From a virus, in the IMG/VR virus record IMGVR_UViG_3300037826_000058, positions 32,001 through 96,000 of that record: DNA of 64,000 bases, one strand, 5' to 3'. Every line of letters starts with the position of its first letter. Position 1 is the stretch's first letter. Below, one piece after another: positions 57,273 through 64,000 of this stretch. The notes beneath the pieces are model-generated. The model did not search any database. It was not told where the DNA came from and was given only the letters and a program-made list of their open reading frames with translations. The translations under genes were made by a program, and so were the position numbers.

Positions 57273-57744
57273 ACTCATAGCCCTGCTCTTCTATCGCTGT
57301 CTCTAGCTTCTTGCGCAACCCCTTCTCTAGGCTATACCCCTTCGGAAACCCCTGGCCCTGCACCCAAGCCATCACACACCCTGGATAGTGCAAATCCAGA
57401 TAAGCCCTCTTTTGCTCTGCATCTAAACTGTCTAAAAATGCACTTCGCTGAAAGTCACCGCTATGCAAATGAGTTATCGTGTCCCGAATCTCCCACCCCG
57501 CGTCCTCAATCGCCACCATTAGACGGTGGTGTGTACGCGTCCCACCGAAGGCTAGTAAGAACGCTCCCGGCTTGGCAACCCTGCGAACCTCTTCCCAGAA
57601 GGCAACCCCTGGAACACCGTGATCCCAATCCCTCCCCATAAAATGTAATCCGTATGGGGGATCAGTGATAACGGTGTCTACGCTGTTTTCTTCCATCTCT
57701 GAAAGAACGTGTAAGCAATTCCCTGTATGTAGTTTGTATTCCAT
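57250..57744 (-). CDS. N4/N6 DNA methyltransferase, N-terminal part
   Basis: GNCLHVL, ITDPPYGL, FGGTRTHHR, GQGFPK; lacks FxGxG. Confidence 0.85.
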   Translation of the reverse strand: MEYKLHTGNCLHVLSEMEENSVDTVITDPPYGLHFMGRDWDHGVPGVAFWEEVRRVAKPGAFLLAFGGTRTHHRLMVAIEDAGWEIRDTITHLHSGDFQRSAFLDSLDAEQKRAYLDLHYPGCVMAWVQGQGFPKGYSLEKGLRKKLETAIEEQGYEFTEWVDE

Positions 57745-57960
57745 CTATCTATCGGTAGACACTCTCTCTAACAAGTCGAAAAAGTAAACAACTTCTCCGT
57801 GTGGGGCGTCCTCAGCACACACCCAGTTGTTTCCGACAACATAGGCTTCATCGTATCCCAGAACCTTACAGGCTCGGTTTGCCAGCACCAGTTGCCCCAT
57901 TGCAGCGCCAAGCAATATTAGGGAACCTACAAATATGACCAACAACATGATTTCAGGCAT
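57745..57960 (-). CDS. membrane-anchored hypothetical protein
   Basis: TM segment then ACKVLGY. Confidence 0.5.
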   Translation of the reverse strand: MPEIMLLVIFVGSLILLGAAMGQLVLANRACKVLGYDEAYVVGNNWVCAEDAPHGEVVYFFDLLERVSTDR

Positions 57961-57961
57961 T

Positions 57962-58513
57962 TTATTCTTCAAAGTAAATCCTCCATTCATCTGGATATTC
58001 TACCACAACCACTCTACCCCTGGGCTTTTTAGGTTCAAACCTAAGAGACATACCAGCCTCATGGGGCATACGGTTTCCTTTACGGTTGTTACAATACCTG
58101 CAACAACATGCTACGTTCCCCCAGTTGGTCTTACCGCCTCGGCTCTGGGGAATGATGTGCTCTATAGTAAAATCAGAATGGCGAAGGGGGCGACCGTCAT
58201 CATCCAGATCACCCACCCGCCTTCCACAGTAAACGCATTGCCATTTGTCTCTGCGGAAAACGTTTCGCCTTGTAAACGGTACTGATTGCTGGGGGGCGTC
58301 GTGGTAAACACTTAGCATCAATACGCTCGGTACTTCATACACATCATCAACGGTATTTAGTTTTGCAGCCACACCGTCGATTGCAAGCACAGGCACGTTG
58401 CCTTCATCGTCCTCTCGCATCATTATCTCGATAGCATCTCTTACGGTGATGATGCGAAAAGGGCGTCCTGTCCTGTCGAGCAATAAAACTTTACGGTTTA
58501 ACTTTTCAGTCAT
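57962..58513 (-). CDS. HNH endonuclease (McrA-like)
   Basis: FTRRNVFRRDKWQCVYCG, TIEHIIPQSRGG, NVACCCRYCNNRKG. Confidence 0.9.
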   Translation of the reverse strand: MTEKLNRKVLLLDRTGRPFRIITVRDAIEIMMREDDEGNVPVLAIDGVAAKLNTVDDVYEVPSVLMLSVYHDAPQQSVPFTRRNVFRRDKWQCVYCGRRVGDLDDDGRPLRHSDFTIEHIIPQSRGGKTNWGNVACCCRYCNNRKGNRMPHEAGMSLRFEPKKPRGRVVVVEYPDEWRIYFEE

Positions 58514-58540
58514 GCTTACTCCCCCCCCAAAAAAAATGAA

Positions 58541-58612
58541 TACCCCCAGCTGGACTCGAACCAGCATCTACGGTTTAGGAAACCGTGGCTCTTTCCATTG
58601 AGCTATGGGGGC
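58541..58612 (-). tRNA. tRNA-Arg(CCU)
   Basis: Cloverleaf; ACGGT-TT CCT AA-ACCGT; GTTCGAG T-loop. Confidence 0.9.
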
Positions 58613-58618
58613 ACTGCA

Positions 58619-58894
58619 TCACGAATACAAAGGATTAAGTTCCTCTTCCTCTTCCTCTGCAACCCATACCGCAAACCTCATTGTTTTGTTGAGGTTACGG
58701 AAGGAAACATCACCGTCATACGGCGCGGTGTCTCGTTCCCATCTCCCTTGTGCGTTCACCAGCACAACACATCTCATGTCGTACTTGGTGATATACTCTA
58801 GGGCGTCCTGTGGCGTCCTAAATACCAACGACCCTTCCTTTTTGATGATGGTCTCGTGGTCACCCACAGCGTCGGAACAGTAACTTGCTAGCAT
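58619..58894 (-). CDS. hypothetical protein
   Basis: TAATG coupling to thyA. Confidence 0.55.
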   Translation of the reverse strand: MLASYCSDAVGDHETIIKKEGSLVFRTPQDALEYITKYDMRCVVLVNAQGRWERDTAPYDGDVSFRNLNKTMRFAVWVAEEEEEELNPLYS

Positions 58895-59739
58895 TATTCC
58901 CCCTTATACTTCTTGGCCTTCTCCAGGATACTTGGAATGGCTTCTTCCATATACGGTTTCATTTTGTCGTAACGATAGGTTCTATCGGTAAATCTTCTGT
59001 TTGTTATTGCCTTGAGGAATACATTATTTACCTCTTCCATGTAGGAGCCATAGATGTGGTAGCTATCGGCCTGATGAACATAGCGCCCCACGCGAACCTC
59101 ACGCCCAGCATGCTCGCTGACTCGATCAGCGATTTTTTCCTGTAACTTCACAAATGCGAACATATTCATAAAAGCGGCTTTGTAGGCATCGTTTGAACGC
59201 ATTCGGACGTTGGTGTTCAAATACCACACCCCATCCGTATCAGGGAGAATACGACACCAGATGCTTTGTAAGCACGCTGGGTCGTGGCAAAACGGGTCTT
59301 CCCAAGGTTTCCAGGTAATCGCCTGGGCGCGACGCGTGTAGGGAGCTTGGGCTAGCTTGCACGCCATTACTTCTATTTGATTGTAAAGCTCATCAATCCC
59401 CGGTACAGAGTATGTAAACAAGCGCTCGTGGTACGTATACTCCCACCGAGTATCGTTAGGGTCATCAGGGTCGCGAACCCAGTGGTCTTTAATGCCATCC
59501 CTGACTTCCATTGTGTACTCTTGTAGGTCTTGTAATCCGCATGGTATCATGCGGCTTATCATGGGTTCAGCTAGGGGGCTGTCTACCACGATAGTCATTG
59601 TAGCGTCTAGCGATGGGGGGTCTTCAGGTTTATCATACTCCGTTTGGATTGGGGTTCCGCTATGATAAACCTTTAAGACAGACTTCTCCCAAGCAGAAGG
59701 AAGATTACTCCCCTGAACGCGAAGAACTGGTATATACAT
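58894..59739 (-). CDS. thyA: thymidylate synthase (ThyA family)
   Basis: YTYHERL, TRRAQAITW, PACLQ, RMRSNDA..A..N, SYHIY. Confidence 0.88.
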   Translation of the reverse strand: MYIPVLRVQGSNLPSAWEKSVLKVYHSGTPIQTEYDKPEDPPSLDATMTIVVDSPLAEPMISRMIPCGLQDLQEYTMEVRDGIKDHWVRDPDDPNDTRWEYTYHERLFTYSVPGIDELYNQIEVMACKLAQAPYTRRAQAITWKPWEDPFCHDPACLQSIWCRILPDTDGVWYLNTNVRMRSNDAYKAAFMNMFAFVKLQEKIADRVSEHAGREVRVGRYVHQADSYHIYGSYMEEVNNVFLKAITNRRFTDRTYRYDKMKPYMEEAIPSILEKAKKYKGE

Positions 59740-59744
59740 TAATA

Positions 59745-60932
59745 TTATTTCCCCTTGTAGTGATTGCATCCCATTTCAGGGTAAACTACCCTGTGAATAG
59801 TAGGAACACCCCATCCAAATGTATTGTCCTTTCCTGGTTCTCCTAGGTCACAAGCACTGTCTTTAAGCGCATCGTAAACCTCGTCAGGGGAGAACTCTGG
59901 ATATAAAGACTTGATTACTCCAGCCGCCGCAGAAACGTGTGGGGTCGCCATTGATGTTCCCGATTTATACCACGTTTCCGCGGGGGACGTGTAGGCATAC
60001 ACACAAAACGAAGGTGCTACAAAATCTAATTTCTCACCGTAATTACTGAAGTATGCGAGGTCTAAGTCTTCATCGATCCCGCCTACCGATACGACACTAT
60101 CAAATCCAGCGGGATATACTAATACATCAATATGATGATTACCAGCCGCCGCCACTGGTAACACACCATTTTCCCTTGCACGCTTCAGTGCGTTTTCCAC
60201 CATTGACCACGCTTCGCTTTGAGGGTCTCCATATCCCCCAAACGACATAGACATTACATCTACGTCGTTCTCGGTACACCAATCGATTGCCAAAATGATT
60301 GCCCTGAGGGAGCACCTTCCTCCCTCACAGACTTTTAGATGTACCCCCTCACAGTGCGGGCAAATCCCTGCAATTCCCGTCTCATTATGAGGGGCGGCAC
60401 TAATGCTTTGCACATGGTAACCATGTGTATCATCGTCAGTGGTGTCAGCATTCCCCGTGAAATAGTTCCAGCCCGTAATGTCATTGGTGGGCTGGTCTTC
60501 AATTGGTGACCAACCACTGTCCAGAAACGCAATACGGGCCACTTGGGTATAGGAACGCGTGTAAACAGACGGAACTTCTTCTACCCCCATCATCTGAGGC
60601 CCGTACTGGAGCTCTATGTGTTCGTCGTTTAGCGTAGGCCTTGGTGTGGGGGTAGGAGTAGGACGTGTTGGTACAGGAATAATCTCACTTGCTTTGAAAA
60701 CCAACGGGAGGTAGTGGTAGTAACGCCCTTCTTGCTGAGTATAGATTTCTGGCAAGGGAAAACATTCTTGTAAGCGAATAACTTCCTTCTTTTCAACAAA
60801 CCGATACCCATACCGAGCATTGCTGTCTTCAACCAACACATAATCGTCATCGATAAACCCTCCATCCGCCTTAACAGGGGTAAAAATCAAGAGGGTTACT
60901 AAGACAGCCAAAACCAAAGATAACCTGCGCAT
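59745..60932 (-). CDS. secreted subtilisin-like (S8) protease
   Basis: Signal peptide; FLDSG, HGYHV, AAAGN, SGTSMATPHV; YLPLVFK + PT-rich linker. Confidence 0.9.
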   Translation of the reverse strand: MRRLSLVLAVLVTLLIFTPVKADGGFIDDDYVLVEDSNARYGYRFVEKKEVIRLQECFPLPEIYTQQEGRYYHYLPLVFKASEIIPVPTRPTPTPTPRPTLNDEHIELQYGPQMMGVEEVPSVYTRSYTQVARIAFLDSGWSPIEDQPTNDITGWNYFTGNADTTDDDTHGYHVQSISAAPHNETGIAGICPHCEGVHLKVCEGGRCSLRAIILAIDWCTENDVDVMSMSFGGYGDPQSEAWSMVENALKRARENGVLPVAAAGNHHIDVLVYPAGFDSVVSVGGIDEDLDLAYFSNYGEKLDFVAPSFCVYAYTSPAETWYKSGTSMATPHVSAAAGVIKSLYPEFSPDEVYDALKDSACDLGEPGKDNTFGWGVPTIHRVVYPEMGCNHYKGK

Positions 60933-61216
60933 ATTACGCCTCCCCAGATAGCAACCGTCAACAGTTGAATGAATAAAGCTACAGACGCGGTAACCCACCA
61001 CCCCCACAAAATATCAGGGTAGCGTCGCTTTATTAGCTTCCCCAGCCCATAAAGAACCACGGGAATAATAACCTTAACAGCCACGAGGGGAAGATACCCA
61101 TAAGATTGCCAAACCGAGACAGCAAGGGGGTTAGCCTCAGCACCAACCCCCCACGCGTAGGTGACAATTAAGTCAACTGCTTGCAAGAACAAGTATAATA
61201 GAGTTAATCCCACCAT
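60899..61216 (-). CDS. DUF5658-like membrane protein
   Basis: LQAVDLIVT...EANPL motif, 3 TMs. Confidence 0.65.
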   Translation of the reverse strand: MVGLTLLYLFLQAVDLIVTYAWGVGAEANPLAVSVWQSYGYLPLVAVKVIIPVVLYGLGKLIKRRYPDILWGWWVTASVALFIQLLTVAIWGGVICAGYLWFWLS

Positions 61217-61683
61217 TGCTCGAACCCCTTCAACAGGCTAATAATCCTCTCTTTGTCTTCTTGCCTCTTTATCTCCGAAATGTACCGTGCTATGCGGTAT
61301 ACACGCTCGGCGGCTTCTTGCCTTCCTGGGCTGTTGACCTTGGAGAATTCTGGCCCAGTATATTGGTATAGCCCGTTCTCTATCGGCTCGAACCCCATAG
61401 AAATATCCCCAAAATGCTCCTCGAAGGATATAGACCTCAATGTTTCGTCTAGGTAATCGTCTGCTATGTATCTATCGATAGCATCAGCCAGCTCTTCAAG
61501 TTCGTTGGCAATATCGTCGGCTGATGTTGATAAACCGCTTTCCCTGAAAGAACGAGCCATCTTTCGAGACTTAAAGGATATAATCTCGAAAAGATAAGCC
61601 CAATCCCAGTCTCTGTCTCCCCAGATAACAGGAGCCCAAGCGATTAGGTTCTTTATCCCTCTAAATATCTTATCAAACAACAT
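61204..61683 (-). CDS. conserved phage hypothetical protein
   Basis: WAPVIWGDRDWD...WWD end. Confidence 0.7.
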   Translation of the reverse strand: MLFDKIFRGIKNLIAWAPVIWGDRDWDWAYLFEIISFKSRKMARSFRESGLSTSADDIANELEELADAIDRYIADDYLDETLRSISFEEHFGDISMGFEPIENGLYQYTGPEFSKVNSPGRQEAAERVYRIARYISEIKRQEDKERIISLLKGFEQWWD

Positions 61684-61888
61684 TGGCCTCCGAGTTATCA
61701 CCAACGACGTTTCCGTCTCCGGTGATACTAACATTGCGAGGTTGTGCGAGCGCAAGCGCGGAATTCTTGGGGTATAGTTCACCGCACTTGGGGCAAGCCG
61801 TGGGCTTTTTCATAACAGCATATCCATTCCCCTCTTCAGCATGACTTGCATAGAACTTGGCTTTACATTTGTCGCATACAACAATCAT
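61673..61888 (-). CDS. zinc-ribbon protein
   Basis: CDKC...CPKC; GGAGGG RBS. Confidence 0.55.
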   Translation of the reverse strand: MIVVCDKCKAKFYASHAEEGNGYAVMKKPTACPKCGELYPKNSALALAQPRNVSITGDGNVVGDNSEANVV

Positions 61889-61899
61889 TTCAGACCCTC

Positions 61900-62448
61900 C
61901 TAGCTTGTCCAATTAGCGTCTTCTTTAACGCGTTTATCCCAACACTTCTCACAGTAAATACCAGCAAAGTGTCGCCGGTTCTGTGCTTCACTAGCATCTA
62001 TAAGCTTACCACAGGTGCTACAATGCACCTGACCTTCTCGCCACTTCTGCGTGGCATCGAGAATACGGTTTACAGTCTCTTTTGGCATTTTCTCGTCAGG
62101 GTCAGATAGAAATCTGACTCCCACCAACTTTGTCTGTGTAGGTGACCACAGCGTCAGTCCCCACAAATTGGTATAGACGTATCTTGACTTGGGCTTATCC
62201 CCCAGCATCTCAAACCCATCGAATTCCTCCGACAAACGATGCTCTTCCGTCTTTCCTGGTATGACCATCTTCTGGGTCACCATCAGGGGGTATTCCCTAT
62301 GCCCATCCCTAAACCTTAATCTAGGATTATCATAGGGGTCTCCAATAGCGGCCCTCAATCTTCTTTCCACCTTGGGCAGTTCTTCGGTGAACCACTCCAT
62401 ATCCAATCGGTGAAGGTCGTTTCTATCAATAATAACCTTAGCGTCCAT
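61900..62448 (-). CDS. hypothetical protein with C-terminal zinc finger
   Basis: CSTC...CEKC; GAGGAGGTG RBS. Confidence 0.65.
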   Translation of the reverse strand: MDAKVIIDRNDLHRLDMEWFTEELPKVERRLRAAIGDPYDNPRLRFRDGHREYPLMVTQKMVIPGKTEEHRLSEEFDGFEMLGDKPKSRYVYTNLWGLTLWSPTQTKLVGVRFLSDPDEKMPKETVNRILDATQKWREGQVHCSTCGKLIDASEAQNRRHFAGIYCEKCWDKRVKEDANWTS

Positions 62449-62471
62449 AATCACCTCCTCACTCATTGCCA

Positions 62472-62500
62472 ATTATACACCAAAACCCCCTGGCTGTCAA
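62472..62500 (-). promoter_or_regulatory. consensus sigma70 promoter
   Basis: TTGACA-17nt-TATAAT on - strand. Confidence 0.85.
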
Positions 62501-62516
62501 GGGGGTTCAAAAAAAA

Positions 62517-62690
62517 TTAAGAGGGTTTTTGCTTTTCTCTAACCGCCTCTTCAAGAGTACGATCATTCAGACAGTCATTACATACGTCACACCCTGCTTG
62601 GATAGGTTTAACTTTATCACATCTAGAACACCGTTTTTCTATGTACGATGCTCTATAAATCCCTTCAATTGTATGGTATTTTCTTTTCAC
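62517..62690 (-). CDS. 57-aa zinc-finger protein (not in ORF track)
   Basis: CSRC...CNDC; GGGGGAG RBS before GTG. Confidence 0.5.
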   Translation of the reverse strand: MKRKYHTIEGIYRASYIEKRCSRCDKVKPIQAGCDVCNDCLNDRTLEEAVREKQKPS

Positions 62691-62718
62691 ACTCCCCCCT
62701 GTTTTCTTAACCTACAGA

Positions 62719-62791
62719 TATGCCCAGCGGGGATCGAACCCGCGACCTCTGGCTCTTCAGGCCAGCGCTCTACCAACTGAGCTACAGGCAT
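62719..62791 (-). tRNA. tRNA-Phe(GAA)
   Basis: CTGGC-CT GAA GA-GCCAG anticodon arm; GTTCGAT. Confidence 0.9.
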
Positions 62792-62801
62792 ACGTCACCG
62801 A

Positions 62802-62875
62802 TGACCGTGGTGGGAGTCGAACCCACAACATCTCGGTTTTGAACCGAGCCTCTCTGCCAATTGGAGCACACGGTC
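62802..62875 (-). tRNA. tRNA-Leu(CAA), short variable arm
   Basis: CTCGG-TT CAA AA-CCGAG; Leu-type D-loop. Confidence 0.8.
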
Positions 62876-62876
62876 A

Positions 62877-62947
62877 AGCTCTGAGCAGGATTTGAACCTG
62901 CGTCTTCGGTGTACGAAACCGATGTACTTCCACTGTACTATCAGAGC
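62877..62947 (-). tRNA. tRNA-Thr(CGU)
   Basis: TCGGT-TT CGT AC-ACCGA; GTTCAAA. Confidence 0.85.
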
Positions 62948-62950
62948 AAA

Positions 62951-63023
62951 AGCCCCTAGATGGAATCGAACCATCGACCTCACCCTTACCACGGGTGCGC
63001 TCTGCCAACTGAGCTATAAGGGC
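62951..63023 (-). tRNA. tRNA-Thr(GGU)
   Basis: CACCC-GT GGT AA-GGGTG; GTTCGAT. Confidence 0.9.
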
Positions 63024-63026
63024 ACA

Positions 63027-63098
63027 AGCCCCTACCTGGAATCGAACCAGGGTAACCACTTTACAAGAGTGGTGGTTTGCCGATTAACCTATAGGGGC
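63027..63098 (-). tRNA. tRNA-Thr(UGU)
   Basis: CCACT-CT TGT AA-AGTGG; GTTCGAT. Confidence 0.9.
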
Positions 63099-63102
63099 AA
63101 AA

Positions 63103-63174
63103 AGACTTGGGCGGGATTTGAACCCGCATACAAGGGTTTTGCAGACCCCCGCCTATCCATTCGGCCACCAAGTC
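63103..63174 (-). tRNA. tRNA-Cys(GCA)
   Basis: GGGGT-CT GCA AA-ACCCT; GTTCAAA. Confidence 0.9.
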
Positions 63175-63176
63175 AT

Positions 63177-63223
63177 AGAATTTAGCGCAGGATACTCCCC
63201 CGCTTTAGCGGGGAGAAGTTGAC
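63177..63223 (+). mobile_element. 47-bp IS200/IS605 fused-end remnant (PATE-like)
   Basis: AGAATTTAGCGCAGGATACTCCCCCGCTTTAGCGGGGAGAAGTTGAC: left-end-like start, shared GCTTTAGCG hairpin, right-end-like finish. Confidence 0.6.
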
Positions 63224-63519
63224 CGTTCTTCACAATCAAAAAATACGGGGATGGTCTGTGGGCCATCTACTGTTTCGATGTATTCTCCATCCTCGTAGAT
63301 GTCTACGTACTCTTCCTCTGGTACATACCACCCTACAGCACTCGTGTAAGCACCGCTCACACGCCACTCTCTATCCGTGATGCTGTTGTAGCATACCAAA
63401 GCAACCTTTTCGCTGGGCCTAGGCCAAGGTGTGCTTGTAGGAGGTTGAGTGACACTATACTCTGGACTAGAGCAAGACGTGAAGATCAAAAAAAGCAATA
63501 CAATTAGTTTTTTCATCAT
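63205..63519 (-). CDS. lipoprotein
   Basis: MMKKLIVLLFLIFTSC lipobox; its stop lies within the IS remnant. Confidence 0.65.
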   Translation of the reverse strand: MMKKLIVLLFLIFTSCSSPEYSVTQPPTSTPWPRPSEKVALVCYNSITDREWRVSGAYTSAVGWYVPEEEYVDIYEDGEYIETVDGPQTIPVFFDCEERSTSPR

Positions 63520-63531
63520 TCTCCTTATTAG

Positions 63532-63616
63532 CGGGGCCGGTGAGACTTGAACTCACAACACCGAAAGGTGCAACGCCTTAGCAGGGCGCTCCAATGCCAA
63601 TTATGGTTACGGCCCC
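63532..63616 (-). tRNA. tRNA-Ser(GCU)
   Basis: GCGCC-CT GCT AA-GGCGT; long variable arm CACC-TTTC-GGTG. Confidence 0.9.
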
Positions 63617-63621
63617 CAATC

Positions 63622-64000
63622 TTAAATTTTGAACTCATCTGGCAACTTTTCTCCTTTCAACCGCTCGACTAGTCGCCAGCACATCAAGGCAGTCTCTCTG
63701 TTTCTGATTTCTATGTAGTCGGGCCACCCCCCTCCCTCGTTTAGCGTATACAGTGCTTCGTTAAGGTCAAGATCAACGCTGGGTTCTTCATCGCCCAACC
63801 ATTTTATTAAATTACTTGCTTTTTCGCTTGCAGTTGCCATACTGCCTCCTTTACTATTGCAGCTCTGAAAATCAAAATCAGGGGTGCTGATTCTGATGAA
63901 CGCATCCACCATTTTCTTGCCGCCCAAGACAACCTTAGTCATCGTGACTTTAGTATAGTTTTCTGCGACACTGTTTACAGCATCGCCAAACCCCAATTTG
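63622..64000 (-). CDS. hypothetical coding region, start uncertain (window edge)
   Basis: Open frame; internal GGAGG-ATG at ~63840 may be the true start. Confidence 0.45.
   Translation of the reverse strand, partial: KLGFGDAVNSVAENYTKVTMTKVVLGGKKMVDAFIRISTPDFDFQSCNSKGGSMATASEKASNLIKWLGDEEPSVDLDLNEALYTLNEGGGWPDYIEIRNRETALMCWRLVERLKGEKLPDEFKI

Noticed and set aside
58894-59739. ThyA homologue as a base-hypermodification enzyme feeding the GTs
   Set aside because: It keeps the dUMP-type Asn and canonical motifs, and the GTs lie in the virion operon rather than with DNA metabolism genes; not excluded, but unsupported.
62802-62875. TTCAAAA loop read as a UCA opal suppressor
   Set aside because: The 5-bp stem and 7-nt loop place CAA at positions 34-36, so it is Leu.
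62466-63185. ORFs called over the tRNA cluster
   Set aside because: They overlap clear tRNA cloverleaves.

Overview
This window is a 64-kb segment of a large tailed dsDNA phage, probably siphovirus-like; no host housekeeping block or att junction is visible. The host is probably Chloroflexota/Anaerolineae (inferred from a YLPLV-motif subtilase and the style of the glycoside-hydrolase proteins). Layout: (1) 1-16.5 kb, + strand: early and replication genes (small ORFs behind consensus sigma70 promoters, FtsK-domain ATPase, a ~550-nt structured non-coding region, intein-containing class II RNR, DnaB-like helicase, Rad52-like annealing protein). (2) 16.6-49.3 kb, - strand: morphogenesis and lysis operon (ChaB-protease-scaffold, capsid, neck, tail tube, -1 frameshifted chaperones, tape measure, baseplate, fibre, lysis genes) with six glycosyltransferases interleaved and a 1856-aa fibre-like protein carrying five poly-Thr tracts. 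(3) 49.5-52.8 kb, + strand: Dam-like MTase and beta clamp. (4) 52.8-64 kb, - strand: radical SAM protein, a DNA MTase split by an antisense HNH gene and a tnpB IS, ThyA, subtilase and 8 tRNAs, including all three Thr isoacceptors in tandem. The best candidate for a new system is a self-encoded mucin-like virion glycosylation module (GTs + poly-Thr acceptors + Thr tRNAs). Other candidates are a GOLLD-like large RNA, an NrdR-box-like array, a dispersed 17-bp palindrome and two fractured genes. All family calls come from motif recognition by eye; no searches were run.
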